A stretch of DNA of 62,069 bases, filler included, from Choristocarpus tenellus KU-1152 (Eukaryota > Protista > Phaeophyceae): the NCBI GenBank assembly GCA_964200185.2. It is 14 parts of 14 records of this genome, joined end to end, with 100 filler letters (N's around TTAATTAATTAA, not from the genome) between each part and the next. Parts side by side here need not be neighbours in the genome. Positions count along the whole stretch, not along the records: positions 1 to 8,173 come from CAXNAD020005047.1; positions 8,274 to 12,028 come from CAXNAD020018130.1; positions 12,129 to 15,454 come from CAXNAD020020782.1; 11 more parts are not named here. One strand, written 5' to 3'. The notes under the pieces were generated by a model. That model saw only the letters and a list, made by a program, of their open reading frames with translations. It searched no databases and had not been told where the DNA came from. Both the position numbers and the translations under genes were made by a program. Shown here in pieces: positions 1 through 14,088 of the stretch (position 1 is the first letter of the stretch; every line of letters begins with the position of its first letter).

Positions 1-43
1 ATCCCCATAGTCCGGGGCCATCCCCAATTTTGAGGACCCCCTG
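1..43 (-). repeat. terminus of a dispersed repeat (probable DNA-transposon end); second copy at 15410-15454
   Basis: Reverse complement of 1-45 (aacagggggtcctcaaaattggggatggccccggactatggggat) closely matches 15410-15454 (aacaggggaatctcaaaattgaggaaggcgcgggactatgaggat). One copy runs into the window edge, the other into a contig end. Confidence 0.6.
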
Positions 44-431
44 TTATTACAACAAACGAATCAAATACAAAAGATGCAATGTTTCCTCTATGTTAAAGAA
101 ATATAGCATAGGTTTGGGTGGACATTAAACTACTTTTGTTTAACTCACTCCCTTAATGAATTTTTTCAAATCAATTTCACCATCATGAACACCCCACTCA
201 AATTGCTCAGTTCAATATTATGTTCAAGCGACATTTACCTGTGAGTTGGGGTTTAGGGTATACAAAGAAGGTTGAAGTCAAGACCTAGTTTTGAAATATC
301 TGGCCAATGCCCTTCCATCCATGCATTATGCACACAGACTGCCCTGACGATGGTTAAGATTGTGGAACTCCTTTATGCGCGGTGACAACAAGCGAGTTGA
401 GTTGCCGAGATGTTGGAGAGCATTCAGATTA

Positions 432-696
432 GAGTCAAAGTACCTTGGAGGGTAGAGTCGTGTCCATTTGGGGGCCAAAATCCAATGTTGTGATTTTACT
501 GTAATTTTGACTATCGTGTATGTTAGGAAGTGTCAATATCCTTGCTCTGGACACACCTTTTCATAACGTACACATCTTACCTACTAATCCGAACTATTTT
601 GGAGTCGGAAAATGTCATAAAACCCCCGAGGGAAGTCAAACCCCCAATGGACAAATAGGGCAAAACTCGTACCCTCTATCTAAAATACTTTCACTC
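432..696 (-). mobile_element. MITE family A, copy 1 (265 bp)
   Basis: Ends GAGTCAAAGTACC...AATACTTTCACTC are inverted repeats. 4-bp flanking duplication ATTA (428-431/697-700). Body is the reverse complement of the copies at 35046, 42367 and 52004. Confidence 0.9.
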
Positions 697-3129
697 ATTA
701 TCTCAAGACTTCAGAACGGGTGCAAGACCAAAAAAGGATCCTATTGCTGTGGACGCCAGCAGTGAGTGGTATGTGGAGGAAGGGAATTCTGGGCGCACAG
801 GTACCATTCAACGCCTATGACCTGACGAAATGATTCCCACAAAATCGCACGATACGGTGCATCCTGGTACCTTATCCTGCTTGTCCACTCTGCATAACAA
901 ACTGAATAAGTTTGGTTTTAAGGTGCACTCAATCTATTCTTAACCCGTTGCTCACTGAAAGGTGCAAGTGAAGGTTGAGGTGGCAACATGCTGGGTCACC
1001 AGAGACCTAAAGGCTTTTGGCTTCCTCCATTTCAAATACTTCGCTTGTGTGGATGAGAAGTGGTTATTCCTCTGCAAGGACGGTCAGAAGTAGTGCGTTT
1101 ATGACAACAACGAGCCTCCCTTCCCCTCAAGTTTCAGTACATCGATAACATTCCCCGAAATCCCAACCTTTCTTTCCTCCATCGTCTAGCAAGGAAAGAA
1201 TTTATTAAATACTTCTAGCCCTACTATTTGTGGGGGGGGATAATATCATAAGAGTAATGAAAATATGATCTAGGCGTACCTGTGCGGGTATTCTTAACAA
1301 CAGATATTTTGGTTGAGGGCTCTTAGCATTTTTCGACATTTACAACTGTATGGGTTCTATTGGGACATGCATGGTAACACAACAAAATATACTTCGAAGT
1401 AACGATTATACTCATCAATAGTATAGGTATACTGTATATATATATTCTGTTGCGGAGTTCGTAAAATTAGGTTCGTATGCTCAAACAGTGCTTCACCTCC
1501 TGAACTTCTAATTAGAAGTAGCTATAGAACTTAAATGAAGTAGAAGTATTAGTAGTTGGTGTGTGGCTACCTTTATTTATCCCCGTGACCTTTCTCGCAA
1601 TAGGTCAACAGTTACTCTCGAAGTTCAGTTGTTTAACAGTACTATCACTATGCATACTAATATATATTTATATATATTGTACTCTGTGGATATGTATATA
1701 CCCCACCCACAAATCAGTGATGAATGGTAAAGTTGACCACTGTAGAAGTGTCAAGGCGCCAAAGCTCTCTGCAAAAAGGAATTAGAGATATTTCCTTTTT
1801 TCTACGTTGTACCTGTTCTGTAACAACTGCTCAAGAGGACCTAACTTCCAAAACTTTTCTTTTCTAGTCCGTTGTACCTACCTGTTTTGCGGAGGTCGAT
1901 GTTGGCAAAGAAATGAATAGAGGCATGTAGATATTTGAATAAATATCTAGCCTTCATGAGGCGAAATACTTCAACGCTTACACATTAGGAACATCAAAAA
2001 AAGATGAAACACCAGTAAAATGCAGGGATACATATTGTTTTATAGTGTTTGCGATGAATGGAAGAATGCATCAAATAAATACCTGTGTTACCTTGTGCTT
2101 TTCAATACTTGTACGCTACATACTTCAAAACACTCAATGCTGTTTTTCTCGACTCATCCATCGCTCCACCATAGCTTCGCCTATACCTAACACAAGCACT
2201 GTCTTGACGTACATTCTCTACAAATATAGTAAGTTCCTCATCCAAAAACCTAAAATACCAATGTGTTTACTAGCGATATGAAATTTCCACCCCATTGCAG
2301 CATCTCAGGACACCTGTACTTTGATGCAGTATGATACAAAAAAAAACATATCGACACTTTCTCCCAGTCAATTTTGGGTCAAGCCCACCCTCAATGAAAA
2401 GCTCCATCCTCAATTTTTGAAATCTGCTGTTTTTGGTTGATACCATGCTACCTATCGAAATCAAATTTCTGTTCATACCATATATACCCATTATTACCCT
2501 ACCCATATTTCATATTTTACCTTATACATCGTCCCATTTTGATCAAGAATTACAAAAAAGTTAAGAGATATTCCCTCTGTTAACATTAGTAGCCATTATT
2601 CACAAAACATATTTCAATAGTAGTACTATGATATAGTGTAGTTTTACTTCACTCGTTTCCATATTACGACTGTACTACTGTTGTACCAGGAAGTTCTGTT
2701 GTCTTTGATTATTGACCAGTCGATCGGGCGACCAGTTGTATCATCGCCTCTCATCGACCAGAGTATAACCCCAATTTATCGTTCATCGCTCCCATCTTTT
2801 TCCTCATCCTCCCTCATATCTTCCCCACTGCACGACTGTTCCTATGTTCGGTGTGATTTGGTTCAATCGCTGCCCTAGGGTGACCTAGAGCACACTATGA
2901 ACCTCCAACACGCGCGCAACTATCACGCGCAAACCACCAATCTAACCAAAGTCATTATCTTGTTGTCCTTCCCACAAGATAGGAATTAGCTACCTACCTT
3001 ACAGCGGCCTCTTCGCAAGAGGACGCATTATATACCGTTGCTCTTAGGTGAAATTGACGTGCAGGAAGCGCAATCTTGTAAGTGGAGAGCTGGTGTGGAG
3101 CTGGATTGTTGTTGAGCGCAGCTGCGATC

Positions 3130-5246
3130 ATGGGAGCAGTCCTAGTTACAGTAGCGTTGGCAGGGCTGGTGTCCTCCGTTGAAAGTTTCCTTGCGCCTAT
3201 TGCACCTCCTCTCAACTTGCAATGCTATGGTCGCATGGTTCAGAGGAACGGTCGTGGTTGCAGGTAAGCGTTTCTCGCTAGGGAGTAAGTGGTATATATG
3301 TAAGTGCTCCTTCCTTGCTTTTCCTCGTCTTTTGATCAAGCAAGACCCACCTGGAGATTGGCATACAGCAATATATCTTTGATTCCTTGTTAAAGATGAA
3401 TAATGGTGCTTATTCCTTGGGGTTGATAAAGTCAAGTAAAATTGCCCTTTTGTGGGGTTATGTGTGGTTACCTACAAGTTCGCATGACTGTACCTGTCGA
3501 TTCCTTTCTTTCACTAGCATTAGTGGGACTTGAACATGTACCGTAAGGCCACTCAATCCACAAGTAGAGTTGGCAAGCATGAAGCACCGTAACCTTGACT
3601 AATATTTTGGGCTCACACAGGACGGGTGTGCGATCGACTCCCCTAGGGCGTGAGGAACCCCGAGCAGAAAGGGCCCGCCAAAAACGTGAGGTACGTGTAG
3701 CATGCAGAAGATATTGGACAAAAAAGTTTTAATGGGGAAGCAGGCAGTTCAATGGGAATGGATATTGTGGCACTTTCAGGAGATGACCACCTGTTCAGAT
3801 GAGCGCTAACTCCTTGATCTGGGCTCCTGGTACACCAAGTGGGGCATCCTCTCAATCATAAGTGCAGAAAGATTGTTGTGGTTGTGCCTCTCTTGCTCTT
3901 CCCCCTAAAAGTGACAAAATAAGAGAGAACGGTGCTCCTGTCATGATATTTGGAGCAAGGTTTGTTTATATATATATTTACGCATAATCTTGTGGATGAC
4001 CATGGTTTGTGAATGGAACCTCATGGCATTTTGCGGTTGGACCTTGGATGCGAGACTTTCGACAAATTGACTGACGGTTCACTTCAGTGCCTGAATATGG
4101 AGGCGGTTGGGGAGGGTTTCAACCCTTTTGATCTGACCTGTGTGTCTATTTTCATCCATCTCATGAAAAGAATGCCCTCTGAATCTGACCACACAGATAT
4201 AGCTCTCTTGAGAGGAAGGGTATTAAACCCTCTGCTGACCCTATGTGTGTCAGGAACCATCACACTCGTAGGGGATTGTGAAGAACCCTCTGTAGTTCCA
4301 GGAATCCTCTTTATTGAAGGAGGCATGTTTGTTGAAGTAGGATTGTTGTACGGGTCACTTCGAATCAAACTGACAGGTTTGGACATAGTGTAATAAAAGC
4401 CAGACAACGTAATGAAGGCTTCATTTTTTTTTTCTGATAAATACCATTTCCAATTGGAGTCAAAGTTATTCCTCTGCTTTTTTCGTTTCTCCTGTCCTTT
4501 GTTTGTTTTTTACTATGTCCTCCCATCCTCATGGATTTGTACTAACAAATCAGTTTTTTGAAGAGGCATTATCGAAGTGTTAGGTGGTATTGGACAAAGC
4601 AAAATAGTGCGCTCGGCCCATTCCCTTGAGATTTTTTTGAGCGCACATTCCACTCTGACGCGTGGAACTGTTTGGGGCTACAGGTGACCATAGGGCACTC
4701 TCATTATGCTTCTGTAGTGTTACAGAGATCAATCTTGTTTGTTGTATCAGAGGACTTCAGGGCCATTTTTCTGACCAAAACCGATTTGTTGTGCATTTCC
4801 TCTCGGGGGGGGGGGGGGGGTTTCTCTCTCTCTCTCAGTTGCATTACCTCCGAAGCTAATCCTCCGAAGCTATTCGCTAGCCACCGTCTGTCAGTCCATT
4901 TCAGCGATTAAAATCACACATAAAATGCCTGGCTTGCAAGACGGGTTCCAACTTTTTTTTATTTTTCTCGTTGTTGGGCGTAACCTAATCTTTCCGTTGC
5001 CGAGATAACCCCGAGGAAAGTGGGGGCTCTTTGGAGATGAGGGGGCAACAGCGTAGGTTTGGGATGATGCTATTGATAGCTATTGATAGCCTCTCTTTTT
5101 TTGCATGGATTACACGGCAGAGAGGAGAAAAGGGAGTGATTATTTCTGAGTCGGCATGTACTTTTCTTTTGTAAGCAAATCTTGAAGAGAAATGTAGTTT
5201 CCTCTTAGAGGGGGGAATTGGACTGCAAGCGCTTTTCTAGATTATT

Positions 5247-5280
<34 letters not shown>

Positions 5281-7371
5281 GCAGGGGAAACACAGTCCAG
5301 AGAGTATCAGGACTGCGTTTACTACCCTGACCAGGGTGGCGAGCCCCACCTGAGTGTTGAACCGAGGTTGCGTGTGTAAGCGTGCTGATATTTTTTAATT
5401 GCATTTGTTTTTAATTGCCAGAGCGCCCTTAGACGCTCTTGCAAGCACAAGAAAAACAAGGTTCATCATGCACAAGTCTACGGGCTCATGAGCCCAGGTC
5501 TGGCATGCTGTGTGGACAGTCCATACCCCTTACTATGATCTTTATGTGATTACAACGCGCTGTGGTCGGGACGTCTCCGTTCAAAACTTTCTTTTGTTAT
5601 TGTTGTCGTACTCCTCTCTCCCTCTCCCTCTATCTATCTATCTATCTATCTCTTTTTGTCAGCAGGATTTGGTGGGAGAGGAGGAGGAGATTGATCTCTG
5701 GGGCAGGGACAGGTTTCTGGATATTGGTGAAGACCGCATCCGCTACGACGCGATGAATGGCGCTGTCAAGCCTGCTGTATTGTATCTACCTGCGTTTGAT
5801 GCTCCTAGCAAAGACCTCAAGGCCTCTCGCCTCAAGACGTGAGAGTTTGGTCGAATCGGATATATTTTGTTTGTGTGATGTCTGTACTAGTAGTATGTGT
5901 GATGTGTGTATTAATGGTGTGTGTGTGTGTGATATGTGTATTAATAGTGTGTGTGATGTGTGTATTAATGGTGTGTGTGTGATGTCTGCACTATTGGTAT
6001 GTGTGATATGTATATTAATAGTGTGTGTGATGTCTGTACTATTGGTATGTGTGATATGTGTATTAATAGTGTGTGTGATGTCTGTATTAATAGCGTGTGT
6101 GTGATACGTGCGCTAATAGTATGTGTACAGTTTTTGTTGGTACATGGTGCGAAGAGTGTATGTTAATTGAAGGACACGCCCGCAGTATGTGTGTGAACAT
6201 AATAGTTGTGGAATGAGTCGCTCGCGTGTTTTTTTTAATGTGATTATGTCGTATGTTGTCTATGAGCACATATTATGTGTGCATAGTTTTGTGGATTTTC
6301 AGTGCGTGATGTTGCTCAACTCGTGTGACTTTGACTTCGAATGATTCGGATGTACGATGGTGTTGAGTAGGTGGATATACTCACACACACACATACGCAC
6401 ACACACAAAATATTATGATACTAACAATAATAATAAGTGGTTGTAGTGATATATGCTGACACACCAGACTCTCGTCTATTTGTCCCTGTGTATGTTTCCT
6501 GTGTTTGTTTTGTGTTGGGCTCAGCTACTGTGAGATGGAAGACCACTCCTTCATCAGCATGGAGTGGTACGGCAGGGGGAGCAGCATCGGGGAGTTCGAA
6601 AAGGGTACCATTACCAGGTGCAATAGCATCGCCTTCCATGTTCCTCTTTCGAGAAGAGCTCTGTTCATAGTCCAAAAAATATGTGTGTATATATATATAT
6701 ATTTATATTTACAAGTAGAAGATTGTTGAATAGAAAGAACGGGTACATTTGAGTTCTATTGCCATTTAATATATATTTATTTATTTTTGTAAGCTATTTT
6801 ATTGTTATTTTTTTAATGAATTGTCGCTACTGCTGTTCCATTGAATTTCTATTATTGTTAAAAAAAAAAAATTGTGGAAATCTTCTCAGTTCTCTCACGA
6901 TCTAACGAGTTTTCATGGTGTTTGCAGCGTTCTTTATTTTTTGTGCAAATATAGCCACCCTGTTTTGGTTTGTTTTGGTGGTTGGATGGCGTGTTTTGGT
7001 GCGTATTTTTTCCTCATGCGTCTCGCTCGCTTGACTTCATTTGCCCTTGGGTTTTTTTCAACAACAGTTGTAAGCGCACTGCAACGGCTGGTAACCTCTG
7101 GTGACAGCTCACAACACCGCCTTTTTATTTAGAAACTTCTATGCTGTAGTGGTCGGAGTCAGCACCTATTGAGGTGTGTCACTTCTTCACCCACCACATG
7201 TATTCCTCTCCTCTCCATAGCTAATTGTGTGGTCACTTGCCAGGTGGAAGCAGGACGCAATTGCTTTGATCGATGCCCTCCTGCCGATGCCCGACGAGCA
7301 GGCTATCATCATTGGTGGTGGTGTTGGAGCATGGATCGCAACGCTTATTGCGCTGGAGAGGCCTGACAAGG
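3130..7371 (+). CDS. ABHD10-like alpha/beta-hydrolase fold protein, putatively plastid-targeted, 3'-partial
   Basis: GT-AG exons 3130-3263, 3621-3690, 5666-5838, 6525-6617, 7244-7371 join in frame. N-terminus MGAVLVTVALAGLVSSVES|FLAP (signal peptide + F). Core: IRYDAMNGAVKPAVLYLPAF...KASRLKTYCEMEDHSFISMEWYGRGSSIGEFEKGTITRWKQDAIALID...IIIGGGVGAWIATLIALERPDK. Confidence 0.75.
5870..6130. repeat. degenerate TG-rich intronic minisatellite
   Basis: Recurrent tgtgtgatRtgtgtattaatRgt / gatgtctgtactattggta units. Confidence 0.7.
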
Positions 7372-8152
7372 GTGAGCCAATGTTGTGTGTCTGTGTCTGT
7401 GTCTGTGTATCTTCAAGTTGAAGTTGAAGTTGAGGGTTGTGCCTGAAGTGTTGCAGTGGTTGTCAGCATTGAGAACTTTCAGGACAACGGGAGTGGATGC
7501 GTGAGCTTTTTCCCAGGCCACGAGAAGCACTACTCCCCCCCCCCTCCCCCCCCCCACCCCAAAGTTAAGGTCTGCACAGATTATTTAATTTTTTGTTTGC
7601 GGGGCTATCGTAGAGATTATTGATTCCTTGCCCTTTTTTTTTTTAATAAACTGGCTCGAAAGATGCAATACATAACCTGTTTTTATTGAAATGACCTCGT
7701 GCAGTCTTCCGCTTTATTTTTTTTCTGGTGTAGTTGGAGTGCTGTGGTATGAAGAAAGTGTCGGTTGGTTATTTTCAATACGGTACGCGTAACTGTGGAT
7801 CACTCCAAAATGTTCTGATATTTGAATTACCGCTGATACCGAAGTGTCAGCACCCAAAGTACTTGCTGAGATTGTCTTTAATTACTTTGTGATGTAAGGT
7901 CAGATTTAACCGAGTTCCTTGGGTCTTATGAGACACAGAGTCTCAAGTGTGTCACTTGTGTGTGCCATTTTGTCCACGCTGATCATGTACCCAATTGTAT
8001 ACTAGGCTGTGCAAACGCCTCTAATTGATCTGTTGTTCATCTCTTTAGAGGGAGAGGGAGGGACTGAAGCCACGACGCAGGTTGGGGGCAGTCAATTCAG
8101 AATGGTGTTGTAAAGTTCCCAACTCACAAACTTGTGGTATCTTCCCAAACCT

Positions 8153-8173
8153 GGCTCAAAGTATTGGGGGGGG
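8153..8173 (+). mobile_element. MITE family B terminus, truncated by contig end
   Basis: GGCTCAAAGTATTGGGGG matches the termini at 37750, 43174 and 47039. Confidence 0.7.
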
Positions 8174-8273
8174 NNNNNNNNNNNNNNNNNNNNNNNNNNN
8201 NNNNNNNNNNNNNNNNNTTAATTAATTAANNNNNNNNNNNNNNNNNNNNNNNNNNNNNNNNNNNNNNNNNNNN
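8174..8273. other. artificial contig linker N44-TTAATTAATTAA-N44 (first of 13)
   Basis: Identical 100-nt spacers with stops in all six frames at 8174, 12029, 15455, 20374, 27680, 31551, 36087, 39994, 43019, 47212, 50954, 54722 and 59428. Confidence 0.98.
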
Positions 8274-8494
8274 GGGGAATGAGGGAACAAGCTGTATGGA
8301 TACACTTTGCATTTATGAGGTAATGGCTATTTTTGGGGGTAGCTAAACCCTACGATAGCCCTATCTAAAATAGCTTCGAGCCATCATGCATTCTGAGATG
8401 AGTTTTTAATCCCAGTTTCCTTTCCTTGCTCTCCAGTTTGTGCTCTTACATTTTACCCACGTGGCATCATTGTTCCTGACACATGAATGTTCAG

Positions 8495-11400
8495 GTCCTT
8501 GCAGCATTTGCTTCAGCGTTCCATGCCCTGCAGCCAGCAGTATGCCCAGGGTTTGCATTTTCATGGTTGGAACTGGTATCACACAGAACCTTCATGCCCA
8601 ACTTGCTTCTGGTCAAGCAGCAGAAGGGGTGGACTCTCATGCACCGCCTGCTGGTGGACTTGTTCCACTTCATGGAGCCTCACCTACGCCGGTGCGTGCG
8701 TTTCTGTATGCCTGCGTGTGTGTGTGTGTGTGTGTGTGTTGCCCTCCTTCTTGTAGCTTTGCTTTAATAACATTATTTGAATTGTACTTTATGTTTTGAG
8801 GGAGTGCTTTTTGTTCGTTCTTTGTAATCTTTAAGGGTGGGTGGTGTGTAATGGTAATTGGCATGTGGTATGATATTTGTGTAGAGACCAGGTGTCGGAT
8901 GTATGCAGGCACGCCTAGTACTGTGGCTGCCCCCTCACCCAAGTTCACTGCGTGTATATTTTTCTAGTCCTTTCCTGTAGAGTGCAATGAATCAGAGCAT
9001 CACACTTCTTTTTGTGCAGGTCTTTTCCCCCCTGCCCCATCCATACAGCAAACATAATCAGGACATACCCGTTGCCGACGCCCCCTTTTTTATTCTGTTA
9101 GGTCTTCTTTGTTGGATTCTGTACGCCAGCTATACAAGGGCATGCTGCGGACACTATTGGTGCTGTTGCACGATTTCCCTGAGTTCTTGTGTGACTATCA
9201 CCTGAGCTTCTGTGATGTCATCCCTCCATCATGCATCCAGCTGCGAAACCTCATCCTCTCGGCCTTCCCACGGAGCATGCGACTTCCAGACCCCTTCACG
9301 CCCAACCTCAAGGTGTGCTTGGACCATTGTAGGGGTGGGAGTCTGGGAGGGGATATGTGAACTGTTGTGAGTTCCTTCATAAAGCCCTTGCCGAAGCTGT
9401 GGTCAAGTTCATGATTAGGGCTGGGGTAGGGTCATGTTGAGGAGGGAGGGCATAGTTAGTGAGTGCAATGTTTTGCAGATTGATGATCCTACAAGAGCGT
9501 GTCTTACACAAGACTGGCTGATTGATTGTTGCATTAGATATACCCTCAATCTCCCCTGCCCCCCCCCCCGACCAACCTCCCTCATCTATCCTGGCCCCCT
9601 CACACATGCACTCATACATGTACACCCTTAAATTTTATCTGGCATACCACCCCCTTGTGTGAAAACTAAAATCTTTTTCCTCCACTATTTATGTTGATCT
9701 CGATCCCACTTGTTGGGAAGGTTGACCTGCTCCCTGAGATTGCGCTGGCCCCAAGGGTCCTGAGCAACTATGTGGCCGCACTCTCATACAAGGGGTTGAG
9801 GGCTGACCTGGACAAGTTCCTTCAGACACGGCACCAGCCACCCAACTTCCTGGCTGAGTTGCCGACCCGTCTACGGCTGTCACTCCAAGAGGTGCGACTG
9901 CACTTCCTAGAGGATGTGGATAGTGGGGTGAAGAAGAGGGGAGTGTGACATGACATTAGATAGGGATGCTATGGACAAATCAAGTAGACATTTTCTTGGC
10001 TAGAGAGGTTTGGTGTTTGAGGATGGGGTTGTGCGTGAAATGGAATGGACGGAGTCTGGTTGTGTTGTGATTCGAAAGGATTGATGAATGTAAATTTGAT
10101 CTGCTTGAAACACTTTCTGTGTACCCTGTTGTAACCAAAATGTGAATGCAGTGTGCGTATGCACAAGAATATATCTGATTGAATATAAGACCTCCGTTGT
10201 CTTTGATTTATAGTCCTAGTGACATGCCACTACGACAAGTGACGTCAGGGTGGGGGGAGGGAGGATGGGGGAGGAGGTCAGTGCTTTCAATTTTTCAAGA
10301 CTGGTGTTGCTGGGGGCTAAGGAGTATGACTATTTAATTTCAATTTGTTGTTGAGGGCAGAGGGAGAGAGGATGTTTTTCCATCTATTTTGTGTGTGTGC
10401 AGGTTCTATGTTTTCGTTATGGTATTGTGCACATGACACCCCTTGGTGCTTGCTGTCTGTTTAGATGCTCCTTTCTATTATGATGAGTGTGTTGTTCATT
10501 GTTTGGTCTTGTCAAATGTAGTTAATTAACGGTCCCACCCCACTCGAAACCCTTGTGCTCTTCCTTCACAGGCAGCCCATACAGGGGTGACATACAATGT
10601 ACCGTGCATCAATGCACTGGTAGTGTATGTGGGTAGCCAGGCGATTTTGCAATTGAACAACAAGACTCCGGTCATCACACATTCAGCGCCCATGGATGTG
10701 TTCCACCAGGTTGGAAGTGATCTGATTTCCTTTTTCATGAGTGACTTGACTAAGTGTATAAGTTGACTTTCCGGTGTTCATGCTATTTCTTAACCAGGCC
10801 TCTCCCCTCTGTGCTTACGTACTGCCATGTGTGTGTGTGTACCAACCACATGGTGAATATATATATATATATGTGCCAATATTACCATCGCTATGGACTT
10901 TCTTATTAATGTGTCTCCTTCCTCCTCTCCTCCCCCATCTTGGGGTCTCAAAACCCACGGACTCTTGTTCGGGGTGGAATGCGCAGCTGGCAAACAAGCT
11001 GGATCCTGAGGGGCGGTACTTCTTCCTGAATGCAATTGCCAATCAGCTGCGCTATCCCAACCAGCACACCCACTACTTCAGCTGTGTGCTGCTGTATCTT
11101 TTTGCAGAGGCGCAGAGTGAGATGGTCCAAGAACAGGTTACCCGCATACTGCTTGAAAGGCTCATCGTGCACCGGCCGCATCCGGTGAGTTGTAGGGTGA
11201 TAGCATGGTCAGGGGGAGGGGAAAGGAATTTTAGTGATGGACAAGATTTGCTCTTACACTCTACATTTAGAGTGAACAGATTTTTTTTTAAATGATACTT
11301 GAGAGTCACATTCGTGGGAAATTTTGGTTACTTTTTGGCTTGTGAGAAAGTTGAAGGAATTTCATTACGTGGAGAACATTGATGATCGGTAGCTTGAGTC

Positions 11401-12009
11401 GTCATGTTGCTATGAGTGTAATTGTACTGAGCGTGGCAGTCACAGGCAGTCCACAACTGAATTGAAGTTGTTTCGGCTGTGGTGCGATCTGTTCTCATGG
11501 CGCATGATTCGATACATGTGTACTAACTCGTTTCAGACTTGGCAGTGTGTACAAATAGTTCTCTTGGCGCATAGTCAGTCCATGCTCTTGGTTGTGGTTG
11601 CATCAAATATAGCACAACAAGCCTTGTGCCAGTTTTATTGTGTGTGGGCCTTGTCATTGCATCCATTGTCCCATCCGTCCATGTGGGTTTGCTCATTTGC
11701 TTGTCTGAGCGTCATGTCTACCACTGACTGTATCCTCTAACTCCAAACCTGCTATTATTGTTGACTTTTTTTTTCATACACTTCCACCTATCCAAATGTC
11801 TACCTTCTCAGTGGGGTCTGCTGATCACGTTCATCGAGCTGATCAAGAACCCTCGCTACAGTTTCTGGAGCCACAGTTTCACGCACTGTGCCCCTGAGCT
11901 GGAGCGTGTGTTTGAGAGTGTTGCTCGCAGTTGCATGACCCCTGGGACAGCTGGTGCGGGGGCAGGGGCTGGGGAGGATGGTGGGGGAGGTGGGGCTAGC
12001 CGGGCGTAA
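8495..12009 (+). CDS. CNOT1: CCR4-NOT complex subunit 1, C-terminal domain (5'-partial)
   Basis: Exons 8495-8691, 9102-9312, 9721-9891, 10572-10709, 10987-11184, 11812-12009 (TAA). Motifs [82 protein letters not shown]. Confidence 0.97.
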
Positions 12010-12767
12010 GGGTGGGAAGAATAAAGGGNNNNNNNNNNNNNNNNNNNNNNNNNNNNNNNNNNNNNNNNNNNNTTAATTAATTAANNNNNNNNNNNNNNNN
12101 NNNNNNNNNNNNNNNNNNNNNNNNNNNNGGGGGAAGTGTTCCTGTTTGTTTTTATGTAAACTTCTTTATTGGGGGGAATCTCCTGAAAGGGATGGGGGGG
12201 GAGGGGGGGGACTCTGTCAGTGAGATATGCAAGGTGCAAGGAAGATTTGCGTTGGGACAGATGTCAGCAAAAATACGCCATCAAACATTCAACATCATCA
12301 GTTGTGTCCTAGTAGTCCATTCCCAGAGTCTATTTATGACCCCTATAGCTCCCCTGGATTTGCAAACCTCGTCCTCCTTTTTCGCATCATAGTTGTCACA
12401 AGACAAACTCTGCAGGGAGATGACAAAGACTGGAGAACCATCACCATAGTACCAAATCGCAAAATGTCCCAATGAGAAAATACCAAATCTCCACGTTTCT
12501 ACTGACCAACCTGTACCCTGTGACCTCTACCATGTGTGCTCCTGGCCAGATAAAGAGTGGAGGCTGCAATGTGGTTTAGGGGGAAATGAAAGACAGACCT
12601 GTGACTATCCAATCATGTACCGAAAAAGTGCTGAGGAAATACAGGATGAGGACAATGCAACAATTATCTTACCGAAGCAACCAGATGGAACGCAACATTT
12701 ACATGTGATTAATGCAGTTTCTATTTAACACCAATCTCATATATCCAATACCAAGCCTGCACATTCA

Positions 12768-14088
<1,321 letters not shown>

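Noticed and set aside
520-765. Similar short ORFs at 520, 34990 and 42246-42837
   Set aside because: The shared parts are chance translations of MITE family A, not a gene family.
4013-4407. 126-aa and 107-aa overlapping ORFs
   Set aside because: No recognisable motifs, they lie within an inferred intron, and no phase-compatible splice sites were found.
5757-6166. Cys-rich ORFs (CDVCINSV...) resembling metallothionein or ferredoxin
   Set aside because: Translation of TG-rich intronic repeats; the same applies to the ORFs at 21911-23129.
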